A stretch of 64,000 bases of DNA from an uncultured Actinomycetes bacterium (GTDB lineage: Bacteria; Actinomycetota; UBA4738; HRBIN12): assembly GCA_963778545.1 (NCBI GenBank), contig CAVZUW010000007.1:8942-72941 (forward strand), read 5' to 3'. Below are positions 42,102-50,963 of the stretch, one piece after another. The notes under the pieces are model-generated. The model made no database searches and was not told the origin of the DNA. It was given only the letters and a program-made list of their open reading frames with translations. Position 1 is the stretch's first letter; every line of letters starts with the position of its first letter. The translations under genes and the position numbers were made by a program.

Positions 42102-42878
42102 TCAGGCCTCCCAGCCCGGTGATCTACCTGGTGATTCCTGTTCAACCTCCGGGATCCCTACGACATCGCTGCTGCGTTCGTGAGGGGTTTCCGGGGCTGC
42201 GCTTCGCCTGATCTCCGACGCTTTCGCATCTGCGCGCCGACTGACACGCTCCCAATATCCACGCGCGGTCTGGATACCGCCCCCACCGAAGGCGACGATC
42301 GCTACACCAACGATGATTGCCAGCAGCGCGTAGAAGAGACCGTTGACGATCTCCGGTGCGATCTGCAGCTGATTCAGGGCCGCGAAGACCCCGATGACGA
42401 GTATGGCCATTCCTGCCACACGGGCGATCCACTCTCCTCCTGAGACCTCTCCGAGCGCGGCAGCCAACAGGTCAGTCACGACCCTGGCCAGCGCCGCGAC
42501 GATCACCAGGATGACAACGGCTGCGAAGAGATTGGGCAGGTACGCGATGATGCCCTGGATCAGATCGCTCACTGGGTTGGGACCGAACACACCGAAGGCG
42601 AGCTGCAGCGAGATCAGGAATACTGCCCAGAAGGCAACGACGGACAAGATGTCGGAGGCATCGAACTTGGACCGGTCGAGCGCGGTCTTGAGCGCCCCAC
42701 GCTCCACCCATCGGTCGAAGCCGATCCGCTCGAGGAGCCCATCCACCACCTTCGCAACTAGCTTCGCTACGAAGTAGCCGATGATGAGGATGGCCAGGAA
42801 TCCAAGCAGTTTCGGAATGAATGTCGCGATGCGCTCCCAGGCCTCGGTCAATCCGCTCTCGATGTCGATGGCAAGCAT
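42102..42878 (-). CDS. conserved-TM-helix-repeat (mechanosensitive-channel-like) membrane protein
   Basis: ATG 42878 follows GGAGAGGAG: MLAIDIESGLTEAWERIATFIPKLLGFLAILIIGYFVAKLVAKVV...LIQGIIAYLPNLFAAVVILVIVAALARVV... Confidence 0.55.
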   Translation of the reverse strand: MLAIDIESGLTEAWERIATFIPKLLGFLAILIIGYFVAKLVAKVVDGLLERIGFDRWVERGALKTALDRSKFDASDILSVVAFWAVFLISLQLAFGVFGPNPVSDLIQGIIAYLPNLFAAVVILVIVAALARVVTDLLAAALGEVSGGEWIARVAGMAILVIGVFAALNQLQIAPEIVNGLFYALLAIIVGVAIVAFGGGGIQTARGYWERVSRRADAKASEIRRSAAPETPHERSSDVVGIPEVEQESPGRSPGWEA

Positions 42879-43196
42879 GGGTGAGCTTCTCCTCTCCTCT
42901 TCGCCGGTCGTGAAATGCACAAGCTGACTACCCAACCCGCGGCCGGGCAATCGAGATCGGTCATGCATCGTGGAAAAGATCCACGTTGGATGTCGCATCA
43001 CACACACGATGGGCAACGCCGTTGATCGCTTCGAGCTGAGTCTTCACGGGCTGGTATGCCAGGTCCGCTTGTGTGGACTTGGTTTTTCTGCTGGAGGTAG
43101 AGGGTAGAAACGAGGTCTTGCTACAAGGAGGACGTCCGCCTCGCCCTCGCAGGCGGGCGTCCTCCGCTTTGTCAGCTAGCCGGACAGAAGGAGCCG

Positions 43197-43409
43197 TTGA
43201 TGAGCGTCGAACTGCAACTCACCACGGGCGATGAAGAATGGACGTTCAATCTGGCCGAGCCGGTCGTTCCGAGGCCTGGTGACGCCTTGACTATCGACGA
43301 CCCGAACGGAGACCCGCGTGACTTCCGGGTGGTGAGCAGGAGGATCACCCTCACTGAGGGCGATACGGTGGGGTCAGTACTGGTCGGTATCGACCTGGAG
43401 CCAGCTTAA
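43197..43409 (+). CDS. small hypothetical protein
   Basis: 70 aa, with AAGGAG SD upstream. Repeat R1b follows it. Confidence 0.45.
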   Translation: MMSVELQLTTGDEEWTFNLAEPVVPRPGDALTIDDPNGDPRDFRVVSRRITLTEGDTVGSVLVGIDLEPA

Positions 43410-43429
43410 GGACGAATTCCCGCGCCGCA

Positions 43430-43548
43430 CATCCTTGGTTCCGCCTGGAACGGGTACACAGAAGTACGGCTGGTCCCGATGCCCGTCCACTCGGTTGGTC
43501 GGAGCCAGCCAGGAGCCTCGTGGCGGCACGCCGTGGCGGGGCTCCCCT
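43430..43548 (+). repeat. R1b: second copy of the ~120-nt structured repeat
   Basis: catccttggttccgcctggaacgggtacacagaagtacggctggtcccgatgcccgtccactcggttggtcggagccagccaggagcctcgtggcggcacgccgtggcggggctcccc. It has the same orientation as R1a and differs mostly by point substitutions. Confidence 0.85.
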
Positions 43549-43599
43549 TGGAGACGGGCGGGCGGTTTCGTTATCAGCTGCGCGGGACATAGTCCGGTC

Positions 43600-43929
43600 A
43601 TGACCTCACGCGAAGAACGGATGTCCCGGAACGAGGTCGCGTCCCGGGAGCTTAACGAGGAGATCGAGGAGGCCTACCAAGGTGAGCCACCGGCCAATCG
43701 GCTCGACATCGTCTGTGAGTGCGCTTTGAAGATGTGCGATCGCTCCATCGACATCACGATGGCCGAATACCGGATGGTGCGGAGTGATCTGCGGCAGTTC
43801 GCCATCGTACCGGAGCATCTCGCCGCCGATATCGAGCGGATCGTTGACGAGAACGACCGTTTCGCCGTCGTAGCTAAGCGTGAGGGAACGCCGGCGGACG
43901 TGGCGCGGGACGAGAATCCGCCAGGCTGA
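43600..43929 (+). CDS. hypothetical protein
   Basis: ATG 43600 in ORF 43435..43929: [29 protein letters not shown]...[23 protein letters not shown]... Confidence 0.4.
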   Translation: MTSREERMSRNEVASRELNEEIEEAYQGEPPANRLDIVCECALKMCDRSIDITMAEYRMVRSDLRQFAIVPEHLAADIERIVDENDRFAVVAKREGTPADVARDENPPG

Positions 43930-43993
43930 ATGGCTGGGCCATGCGGAGTCCGCGCCGCACGGCGAGCCGGTGGTGTGAACGTGCGCCGTTGCG

Positions 43994-44066
43994 TAGTCCC
44001 AACGGGGTTCGAACCCGTGTCTCCACCTTGAGAGGGTGGTGTCCTAGGCCACTAGACGATGGGACC
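43994..44066 (-). tRNA. tRNA-Glu (anticodon CUC)
   Basis: Minus strand: GGTCCCA TC GTCT AGTGGCCTA GGAC A CCACC CTCTCAA GGTGG AGAC ACGGG TTCGAAC CCCGT TGGGACT A. The cloverleaf folds by hand. G1 pairs with U72 as a wobble. Confidence 0.8.
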
Positions 44067-44234
44067 GTCGGCCGCCGGCCGGCCGGAAGTGTAGCAACCG
44101 CCCTTGGCCGACCTCGCGATCGCGAGTCCGGGAGCCGCCCGGGACACGGTGCGTGTCCGTGCGCTGGCACGCGCTCCGATCGATCGCCGACGGATTTCCC
44201 ACGCGACACTCGTCGTCTCGGTAGGGTGTGGGCC

Positions 44235-45662
44235 GTGCGCCCCCGCCCGCGACGCCGCTGGTTCCTCGCTCGCCCGGCCATGCTCACGATCGCGATCGCC
44301 GCGGTCGTGGCCGGGATCGGTGTCGCTCCGCCCGAGCGGACCCCATCGCCCGCACCGGCGGCCGCGGCGGCGGCCGGCATCGAGACGATCGATCACATCA
44401 TCATCGTCGTGCAGGAGAACCGCTCGTTCGACCACTACTTCGGGACGTATCCGGGCGCCGACGGCATCCCGAGGACCGACGGCAGGTGGGACGTCTGTCT
44501 CCCGGATCCCGTCCTCGAGCGATGCGCGCGCCCGTATCACTCGACGACGTACTTCGACGCGGGGGGCGCCCACAATCACTCCGCATCGGTGCGCGACGTT
44601 AACAGGGGTGAGATGGACGGCTTCGTCGAGACCGTGCGCCGGAGCGGCAACACGTGCAAGCGTCATCCGAACATCCGCCCGTGTCGAAAGACCAAGCGCG
44701 GTCCGGCGCGCCAACCCGACGTCATGGGGTTCCACACCCGCGCCGAGATCCCGAACTACTGGGCCTATGCGGATCAATTCGTCCTGCAGGACCGGATGTT
44801 CGCGCCGAGCGACTCGTGGACGCTGCCCGCGCACCTGTTCCTGACCTCCGCCTGGTCGGCGGATTGTTCGGATCTCCATGACCCGATGAGCTGTACGTCG
44901 GACCTGAACGACCCCGGCGACGGATGGAGGGCCGACAGCGGCGACCCCGCCCCGTACGCATGGACCGACATCACGTACCTGCTCCACGAGCACGGTGTGT
45001 CCTGGGCCTACTACGTGGGTGAGAAGACCTGCATCCGCCTCCCGTGCCCGACGGGGGAGGGCCGCCACACCACGTCCAATCAGCTCCCGATCGCGGGGTT
45101 CCGCACCGTGGAGCAGAACCATCAGCTCGGCAACATCCGGCCCCACGCCGACTACTTCGAGGCCGCGGCGGCGGGGACGCTCCCGTCGGTGTCCTGGATC
45201 ATGCCGTTCATCGGCGCGAGCGAGCATCCGCCGGGCGACATCCGGCCGGGCCAGGCCTGGGTGACCAAGGTCGTCAACGCCCTGATGCGGAGCCCGGAGT
45301 GGGAGTCGAGCGTGCTCTACCTGACGTGGGACGACTGGGGCGGCTTCTACGACCATGTCCATCCGCCCGGCGTCGACCAGAACGGGTTCGGGATCCGCGT
45401 CCCCGGGATCGCGATCAGCCCGTGGGTCAGCCCCGGGATGATCGATCACCAGACCCTGTCCTTCGACGCCTACCTGCGCTTCATCGAGGATCGTTTCCTG
45501 GGCGGGGAGCGCCTGGACCCGGCGACCCTCAGCCGGCCCGACTCGCGTCCGACCGTTCGAGAGACCGTGCCGATCCTCGGCGATCTGGCGACCGAGTTCG
45601 ACTTCACCCAGACGCCGATCCCGCCGCTGATCCTGGACCCGAAGCGAGCCGAAGCCGCCGGG
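44235..45662 (+). CDS. secreted phosphoesterase-family protein (phospholipase C / AcpA acid-phosphatase family), paralogue 1; 3' end uncertain
   Basis: GTG 44235 ([27 protein letters not shown]). Body: [26 protein letters not shown]...TLPAHLFL...SWIMP...[13 protein letters not shown]...[13 protein letters not shown]...[12 protein letters not shown]. The track ORF continues to 46394 only because there is no in-frame stop. Confidence 0.8.
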
Positions 45663-47150
45663 CTAGTCCTCGCCCTGATCGCGGGTGAACCCCAGCTCGC
45701 CGTCGAACTCCTGGAGCTTCTCGATGTGCATCCACGAGTGCGCGCTCGAGATCCGCACCAGCAGCTCGTGGACGTCCTCGTCCGACAGGTCGCCCGGCTC
45801 CTCCTTGATGATGAACCGGCAGCGGAAGTGGTCGCCGGTCTCGGTCATCGCCCCGGTGGGCGGGAACACCTTCGTCCCGCGGCTCGAGATCATCTTGAGC
45901 GAGAGCTTCGTATCGTGCGTGAGCTCCATCAGCGACGAGCCGAGCTCGGCCGCCGAGAGAGGAGACTCGACGAAGACGTCCAGGCCGACGACGGAACGGC
46001 TGGCCGGCCGCACGTAGTCGGGCCGGGGATCGATCTTCGGCAGCTGGAGCGGCTTGACGTCGCGGATCGTCCAGGTCTCGGTGTGCTTGCCGAGGTTGCC
46101 GATGATCGCGTTCGTGTAGTCGGTGGTCGGCGTCCCGCGGTCGTAGCCGAGCACGTCGCCCGTGAGCACCCCGGACTCGAGCGTGACGAACACCGCGTGC
46201 TCGATCGCCGCAGCCTGCTCGAAGAAGCCGAGGTAGCGCAGCATCAGGACCGACGACAGGATCACCGCGGTCGGGTTGATCACGTTCTTGCCGGCGTACT
46301 TGGGGGCCGAGCCGTGCACCGCCTCGAAGATCGCCACCTCGTTGCCAACGTTCGCCGAGGGCGCGAACCCGAGCCCGCCGATCAGCGCCGATGACAGGTC
46401 GGACAGGATGTCGCCGTTCATGTTGGTCGTGACGATCACGTCGAACTGCTCGGGCCGCTTGACGAGCTGGTGCGCGGCGTTGTCGACGATGACGTGCCAC
46501 GACTCGAGCTCGGGGTAGTCCGGCGCGACGCGTTCGAACACGCGCTTCAGCGTGCCCTCGGAGAGCTTCATGATGTTGGCCTTGGTCGCGCACGCGACCT
46601 TGGTGCGGCCCTCGCTCCGGGCGTACTCGAACGCGAACCGGGCGATCTTCTCCGAGCCCTTCTCGCTGATCAGCTTGAGCGCCTGCGCGACGCCGGGCGT
46701 CTGCATGTATTCGATCCCCGCGTACAGGTCCTCGACGTTCTCCCGGACCATCACGAGGTCGATGCCCCGGCCGCTGTACGGGGTCGTGACCCCGGGCATC
46801 TCGCGCACCGGCCGGACGTTGGCGTAGGTCTCGAACAGCTTGCGGAGCGTGACGTTCGCCGACTTCTCCCCGAAGCCCACGGGTGTCTCGAGCGGTCCCT
46901 TGAGCGCGACGCGCGTCCGCGAGATCGACGCGATCGTCTCGGGCGGCACGCCCGACGGCAGACCCTTCTTGAAGACCTCGGCGCCGGCCTCGCACTCCTC
47001 CCAGGTGATCTGCACGCCGGCGGCCTCGATGATGCGACGCGCGGCATCCACGCATTCGGGCCCGATCCCGTCGCCGGGGATCAGCGTGACGACGGTCGGA
47101 TCGGATGGCGTCGCGGTCACGTGAGCTCCTTGGTCGACGTGGGCGGTCAT
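45663..47150 (-). CDS. icd: isocitrate dehydrogenase (long, ~490-aa type with C-terminal extension)
   Basis: 495 aa: [12 protein letters not shown]...[12 protein letters not shown]...[11 protein letters not shown]...[27 protein letters not shown]...[15 protein letters not shown]. Confidence 0.9.
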   Translation of the reverse strand: MTAHVDQGAHVTATPSDPTVVTLIPGDGIGPECVDAARRIIEAAGVQITWEECEAGAEVFKKGLPSGVPPETIASISRTRVALKGPLETPVGFGEKSANVTLRKLFETYANVRPVREMPGVTTPYSGRGIDLVMVRENVEDLYAGIEYMQTPGVAQALKLISEKGSEKIARFAFEYARSEGRTKVACATKANIMKLSEGTLKRVFERVAPDYPELESWHVIVDNAAHQLVKRPEQFDVIVTTNMNGDILSDLSSALIGGLGFAPSANVGNEVAIFEAVHGSAPKYAGKNVINPTAVILSSVLMLRYLGFFEQAAAIEHAVFVTLESGVLTGDVLGYDRGTPTTDYTNAIIGNLGKHTETWTIRDVKPLQLPKIDPRPDYVRPASRSVVGLDVFVESPLSAAELGSSLMELTHDTKLSLKMISSRGTKVFPPTGAMTETGDHFRCRFIIKEEPGDLSDEDVHELLVRISSAHSWMHIEKLQEFDGELGFTRDQGED

Positions 47151-47239
47151 CCTAGCGACCGGGCCCGCGCCGCGACCTGGAGGAGGACGGGACAGAGGTC
47201 CCTCCCGAACGAGGGACGCTTGGTACCCTCGGGCCGCCC

Positions 47240-48700
47240 ATGCGTCCGAGCCCTCCCCGCCCAGCCCCGATCCTGATCACGTTCGCGCTGGCCGCGATGC
47301 TCGCGGCCGCGTGCACCTCGGCCTCCGGTCAGACCGGCCCGACGCCGAATGACACCGCCGGGCCCTCCGGATCGCCCTCGCCGGGCCCCAACCTGACGAA
47401 GCTCGAGCAGGCCAAGGAACACCTCAAGCACCTCGTGTTCATCGTCCAGGAGAACCGCTCGTTCGATCACTACTTCGGGACGTTCCCCGGCGCCGAAGGT
47501 ATCCCGATGCGCAACGGCAAGCCGACGGTGTGCGTGCCCGACCCGATCGCCGGACGATGCGTCCGGCCGTATCACACCACCGAGCAGCTGCAGGAAGGGG
47601 GTCCGCACGGCCAGCGTCATTCGGAGCTCGACGTCGACGGCGGCAAGATGGACGGGTTCGTCCGGACGGTGATCGACAGCCCCCTGTACTGCGCGGATCA
47701 CCGATCGGATCCGAAGTGCGACGGGTACCTCGGGCCGCAGGGTCAGCCGGACGTCATGAGCTACCACACGGCCAAGGAGATCCCGAACTACTGGCGGTAC
47801 GCCAAGGAGTTCGTCCTGCAGGACCACATGTTCGCGCCCGCCGATTCGTGGACGTTGCCGGCGCACCTGTTCCTGGTGTCGGCGTGGGCAGCCCATTGCG
47901 CGAACCCTCGGGACCCGATGTCCTGCTCGTCGAACCTCTACCTGAACGATGAGTTCCTGACGATGCGCGCGCACGAGGACGTCCCGCTCTGGGCGTGGAC
48001 GGACATCACGTATCTGCTGCACGAGCAGGGCGTCTCGTGGGGGTACTACGTCGGCGACGACACGTGCTTCTTCGACCCGTGCCCCGGTCACGGCCGCGAG
48101 AACACGGTCTCCCAGCAGAATCCGCTCCCGTGGTTCACGACGATCCGCGAGACGGGCCAGATGGACCGGATCCAGACGCACACCCAGTTCTACCGGCAGG
48201 CCGCGAACGGGAACCTGCCGTCGGTCTCGTGGGTCATGCCGTACAACGGGGTGGGGGAGCATCCCGCCTCGGGCGCGCCGATCTGGAAGGGTCAGCGCCA
48301 CGTCACCAACGTCGTGAACGCGCTGATGCAGGGTCCCGACTGGGACCAGACCGCGATCTTCCTGACATGGGACGACTGGGGCGGCTTCTACGATCACGTC
48401 GAGCCCCCGAGGGTCGACCTGAACGGATACGGGATCCGCGTCCCGGGACTGGTGATCAGCCCCTGGGCTCGTGCGGGCCTGATCGACTCGCAGACGCTGT
48501 CGTTCGACGCGTACCTCAAGCTGATCGAGGATCTGTTCCTGCAGAAGGAGCGGCTCAACCCGGCGACGATGAGCCGCCCGGACTCGCGACCCACGGTCCG
48601 CGAGAAGGTCGCGATCCTCGGCAACCTGCTGAAGGACTTCGACTTCACCCAGGATCCGATCCCGCCCCTGATCCTGGATCCGAATCCCAGCGGGACGTGA
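47240..48700 (+). CDS. secreted phosphoesterase-family protein (PLC/AcpA family), paralogue 2
   Basis: 486 aa. Lipoprotein-like signal (LAAMLAAAC). [26 protein letters not shown]... is collinear with paralogue 1 through ...[16 protein letters not shown]. Confidence 0.85.
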   Translation: MRPSPPRPAPILITFALAAMLAAACTSASGQTGPTPNDTAGPSGSPSPGPNLTKLEQAKEHLKHLVFIVQENRSFDHYFGTFPGAEGIPMRNGKPTVCVPDPIAGRCVRPYHTTEQLQEGGPHGQRHSELDVDGGKMDGFVRTVIDSPLYCADHRSDPKCDGYLGPQGQPDVMSYHTAKEIPNYWRYAKEFVLQDHMFAPADSWTLPAHLFLVSAWAAHCANPRDPMSCSSNLYLNDEFLTMRAHEDVPLWAWTDITYLLHEQGVSWGYYVGDDTCFFDPCPGHGRENTVSQQNPLPWFTTIRETGQMDRIQTHTQFYRQAANGNLPSVSWVMPYNGVGEHPASGAPIWKGQRHVTNVVNALMQGPDWDQTAIFLTWDDWGGFYDHVEPPRVDLNGYGIRVPGLVISPWARAGLIDSQTLSFDAYLKLIEDLFLQKERLNPATMSRPDSRPTVREKVAILGNLLKDFDFTQDPIPPLILDPNPSGT

Positions 48701-48765
48701 CGCTCTCACTCGGACGGATCGAACGCCGGCGCTTCTAGCTGTTCCCTGGTAGCGATCCGCGGTAG

Positions 48766-48836
48766 CTGGCCCGCCTGGATTCGAACCAGGACTAACTGAT
48801 CCAGAGTCAGCCGGGCTACCGTTACCCCACGGGCCA
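48766..48836 (-). tRNA. tRNA-Gln (anticodon CUG)
   Basis: Minus strand: TGGCCCG TG GGGT AACGGTA GCCC G GCTGA CTCTGGA TCAGT TAGT CCTGG TTCGAAT CCAGG CGGGCCA G. U1-A72 is typical of bacterial tRNA-Gln. Confidence 0.8.
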
Positions 48837-48847
48837 TGGTGTGACCT

Positions 48848-48867
48848 GCGGATATGTTACTATCCGC
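48848..48867 (+). promoter_or_regulatory. perfect inverted repeat GCGGATA-N6-TATCCGC between tRNA-Gln and the integrase start
   Basis: gcggatatgttactatccgc, flanked by CCATGG on both sides (48834-48839 and 48867-48872). Confidence 0.3.
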
Positions 48868-48909
48868 CATGGCACAGCGCTCGAACTCTCGATAACAGAG
48901 CGGAGCACC

Positions 48910-49839
48910 ATGGGATCGGTCACGGCGGCAAGGGTAGCAGCGCCCGCGATGCTCGACGTCATCCCCTCCTTCGAACGGCACCTCCGTGCCGAGAACAAGA
49001 GCCCGCGCACGATCCAGTCCTACACCGAGGCTGTCCGCAGGCTGCACGACTTCTGTTCGGCGAACGGGATGCCGCTTGAGGTGAAGTCCATCACCTCGGA
49101 GCACATCGAGTCCTTCCTCGCCGACCAGCTGGCACGGCTGCGACCCGCTAGCGCCCGGGCACGATTCGCCTCGTTGCGTCAGTTCTTCGCATGGCTCGCC
49201 AGCCGAGACGAGCGCGAGATCGAGCGCTCACCGATGGAGTCTTTGAAACCACCGAAGGTGCCACCTGTCCCTGTCCCGGTCCTGTCGCTCGAGCACCTGA
49301 AGGCGTTACTCCGGACGGTGGAACGCGAGGGTGGGTTCTACGGCCGTCGTGACGCCGCGATCACCCGAGCCTTCATCGACACCGGCTGCCGGTTGAGCGA
49401 GCTCTCCGGTCTCCGCGTCGGCGACGTCGACCTGGACCTGGGGACCATGACGTTCGTCGGTAAAGGTGGGGGCGAACGGCGGAACCCGATCGGGACCAAG
49501 ACGATCCGCTCGGTCGATAGGTACTTGAGGATCCGCGCGGCCCACCGCGACGCCGACTCCGAAGCCTTGTGGCTCGGGAGGTCGGGGCCGATGACGTCCT
49601 ACGGAATCGCCGAAGCCGTCAAGCGGCGCGGCCGAGAGGCTGGCATCGGGGATATCCACGTCCATCAGCTCCGTCACTCCGCCGCTCACTATCTGCGCCT
49701 GGCCGGCGCCGACGACGACGCCGTGCTCCGGCTGATGGGTTGGAAGGATCGGTCGATGCTGCACCGCTACGGCGCGTCCGCTGCCGACGAACGTGCCCGC
49801 GAGGTTCACAAGCGGCTGAGTCCGGGGGACCGGCTGTGA
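48910..49839 (+). CDS. tyrosine recombinase / phage-type integrase (XerC/XerD-like)
   Basis: ATG 48910. N-terminal SAM-like domain (FERHLRAENKSPRTIQSYTEAVRRL). Catalytic region: TGCRLSELSGLRVGDVDL...HQLRHSAAHYL...LMGWKDRSMLHRY. Confidence 0.9.
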   Translation: MGSVTAARVAAPAMLDVIPSFERHLRAENKSPRTIQSYTEAVRRLHDFCSANGMPLEVKSITSEHIESFLADQLARLRPASARARFASLRQFFAWLASRDEREIERSPMESLKPPKVPPVPVPVLSLEHLKALLRTVEREGGFYGRRDAAITRAFIDTGCRLSELSGLRVGDVDLDLGTMTFVGKGGGERRNPIGTKTIRSVDRYLRIRAAHRDADSEALWLGRSGPMTSYGIAEAVKRRGREAGIGDIHVHQLRHSAAHYLRLAGADDDAVLRLMGWKDRSMLHRYGASAADERAREVHKRLSPGDRL

Positions 49840-50129
49840 GCAACCGGCTCGTGCTCCTTTGCGGGATCTCGAAGGGGAACAGCCGTCCGTGCCGGCGGAA
49901 GCTCACGACTGTCGGCTACAGGGACGGCAGGATCTTCTCGGCCGAGCCTTTCGTCGGTCCGTTGGTAGGACCTGTGGTCGAAGAGAACGGGACTAGCTGG
50001 TGGGGCGGTGTCTGCCAGAAGCATCGGTGCTCGGTCTTCGTGCGCCATGTTGAAGTCGTTGCGGCGTTCGAGGCGGGTCAGATTGGGCTCGAGGCATCGA
50101 AACGCGTGCCGATCTTCCGCAGCGCTTGA
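49836..50129 (+). CDS. hypothetical protein, translationally coupled to the integrase
   Basis: GTG 49836 overlaps the integrase TGA (GTGA). The plus frame shows stronger third-position G/C bias than the competing minus ORF 49806..50162. Confidence 0.3.
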   Translation: MSNRLVLLCGISKGNSRPCRRKLTTVGYRDGRIFSAEPFVGPLVGPVVEENGTSWWGGVCQKHRCSVFVRHVEVVAAFEAGQIGLEASKRVPIFRSA

Positions 50130-50241
50130 CATCGCCGAAGCGCCGCGTAGATAGTGCTGCATCTAACCGCTGACTGACCCACGGGCTTACGTCCGGAACC
50201 GAGCGGCCTCGGGTACCCGCGATTCACCTGGGAGGTGAGTC

Positions 50242-50493
50242 GTGACACCCGAGGAGATGTCCCTCCGAGGCAGGATCGGCGCTCACGCCGTCCACGCGAA
50301 GTACGACGGCCGCGAGATCACCGCGAACGCACGCGCGACCTGGCTCGCCAGCTTCGTCAAGAAGGTCGACCAGAAGACACCCGGGCTCCCTGACCCCGAA
50401 CGGTTGCGTCGCGCCGAGCATCTGCTGAGGGCGCACATGGGCCGGTTGGCCCTGAAGAGCGCGAAGGCTCGCCGGAAGGCGGCGCCGCCATGA
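50242..50493 (+). CDS. hypothetical protein
   Basis: 83 aa. GTG follows GGGAGGTG. Its stop overlaps the next start. Confidence 0.45.
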   Translation: MTPEEMSLRGRIGAHAVHAKYDGREITANARATWLASFVKKVDQKTPGLPDPERLRRAEHLLRAHMGRLALKSAKARRKAAPP

Positions 50494-50963
50494 AACCCTT
50501 CGAAGAAGAAGGGGGGCGTTGGCGAAGCCCGTCCGCCGAGGGTCGCGAATTGAGCGCCGAGCTTTCACCAGAAGCCCCCGCGGCCGTACTCGATCGCGTT
50601 CGCGAGTACCGAAGGGCTGCCCGCAAAATCGTCGGGGCCGACTGGGTCGACGTGGCGCGGCGATGCGCTGGTCTGCTCGAGCTGGCGGACGCGGTGCGGT
50701 CGGAGCCTGATCTCATCGTCCGTCATTGGGCTGAGGGCGCGATCTGGGAGGAGTCGAAGGCCTTTCTCGGGATGGCTGATGAGGAACAGCCGCTCCCGCC
50801 CGAGTCGTACGAACACCGGCAGCGGCGTCTACGGCTGATGGGTGAGGACCGGTGTGGCCGATGCCATTCGGTGATCGCATCGGAAGCCGAGCTCGCGAGG
50901 TGGGCCAGGCTCCGCCGAGACGCAGCCGATCGACGCCGCGTGTGCGAGGAGGCCATCAAGTGA
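50490..50963 (+). CDS. hypothetical protein (CxxC near the C-terminus)
   Basis: 157 aa, overlapping its neighbours on both sides (operon-like). Confidence 0.45.
   Translation: MKPFEEEGGRWRSPSAEGRELSAELSPEAPAAVLDRVREYRRAARKIVGADWVDVARRCAGLLELADAVRSEPDLIVRHWAEGAIWEESKAFLGMADEEQPLPPESYEHRQRRLRLMGEDRCGRCHSVIASEAELARWARLRRDAADRRRVCEEAIK

Noticed and set aside
43941-46394. The 817-aa ORF extending the first phosphoesterase by ~240 aa.
   Set aside because: Beyond ~45660 it is antisense to icd and low-complexity. Paralogue 2 ends a few residues after the shared LILDP motif.
49806-50162. 118-aa minus ORF opposite the integrase-coupled small ORF.
   Set aside because: It has lower third-position G/C bias than the plus frame and no SD. 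Neither frame is well supported, and the plus ORF is kept only at low confidence.
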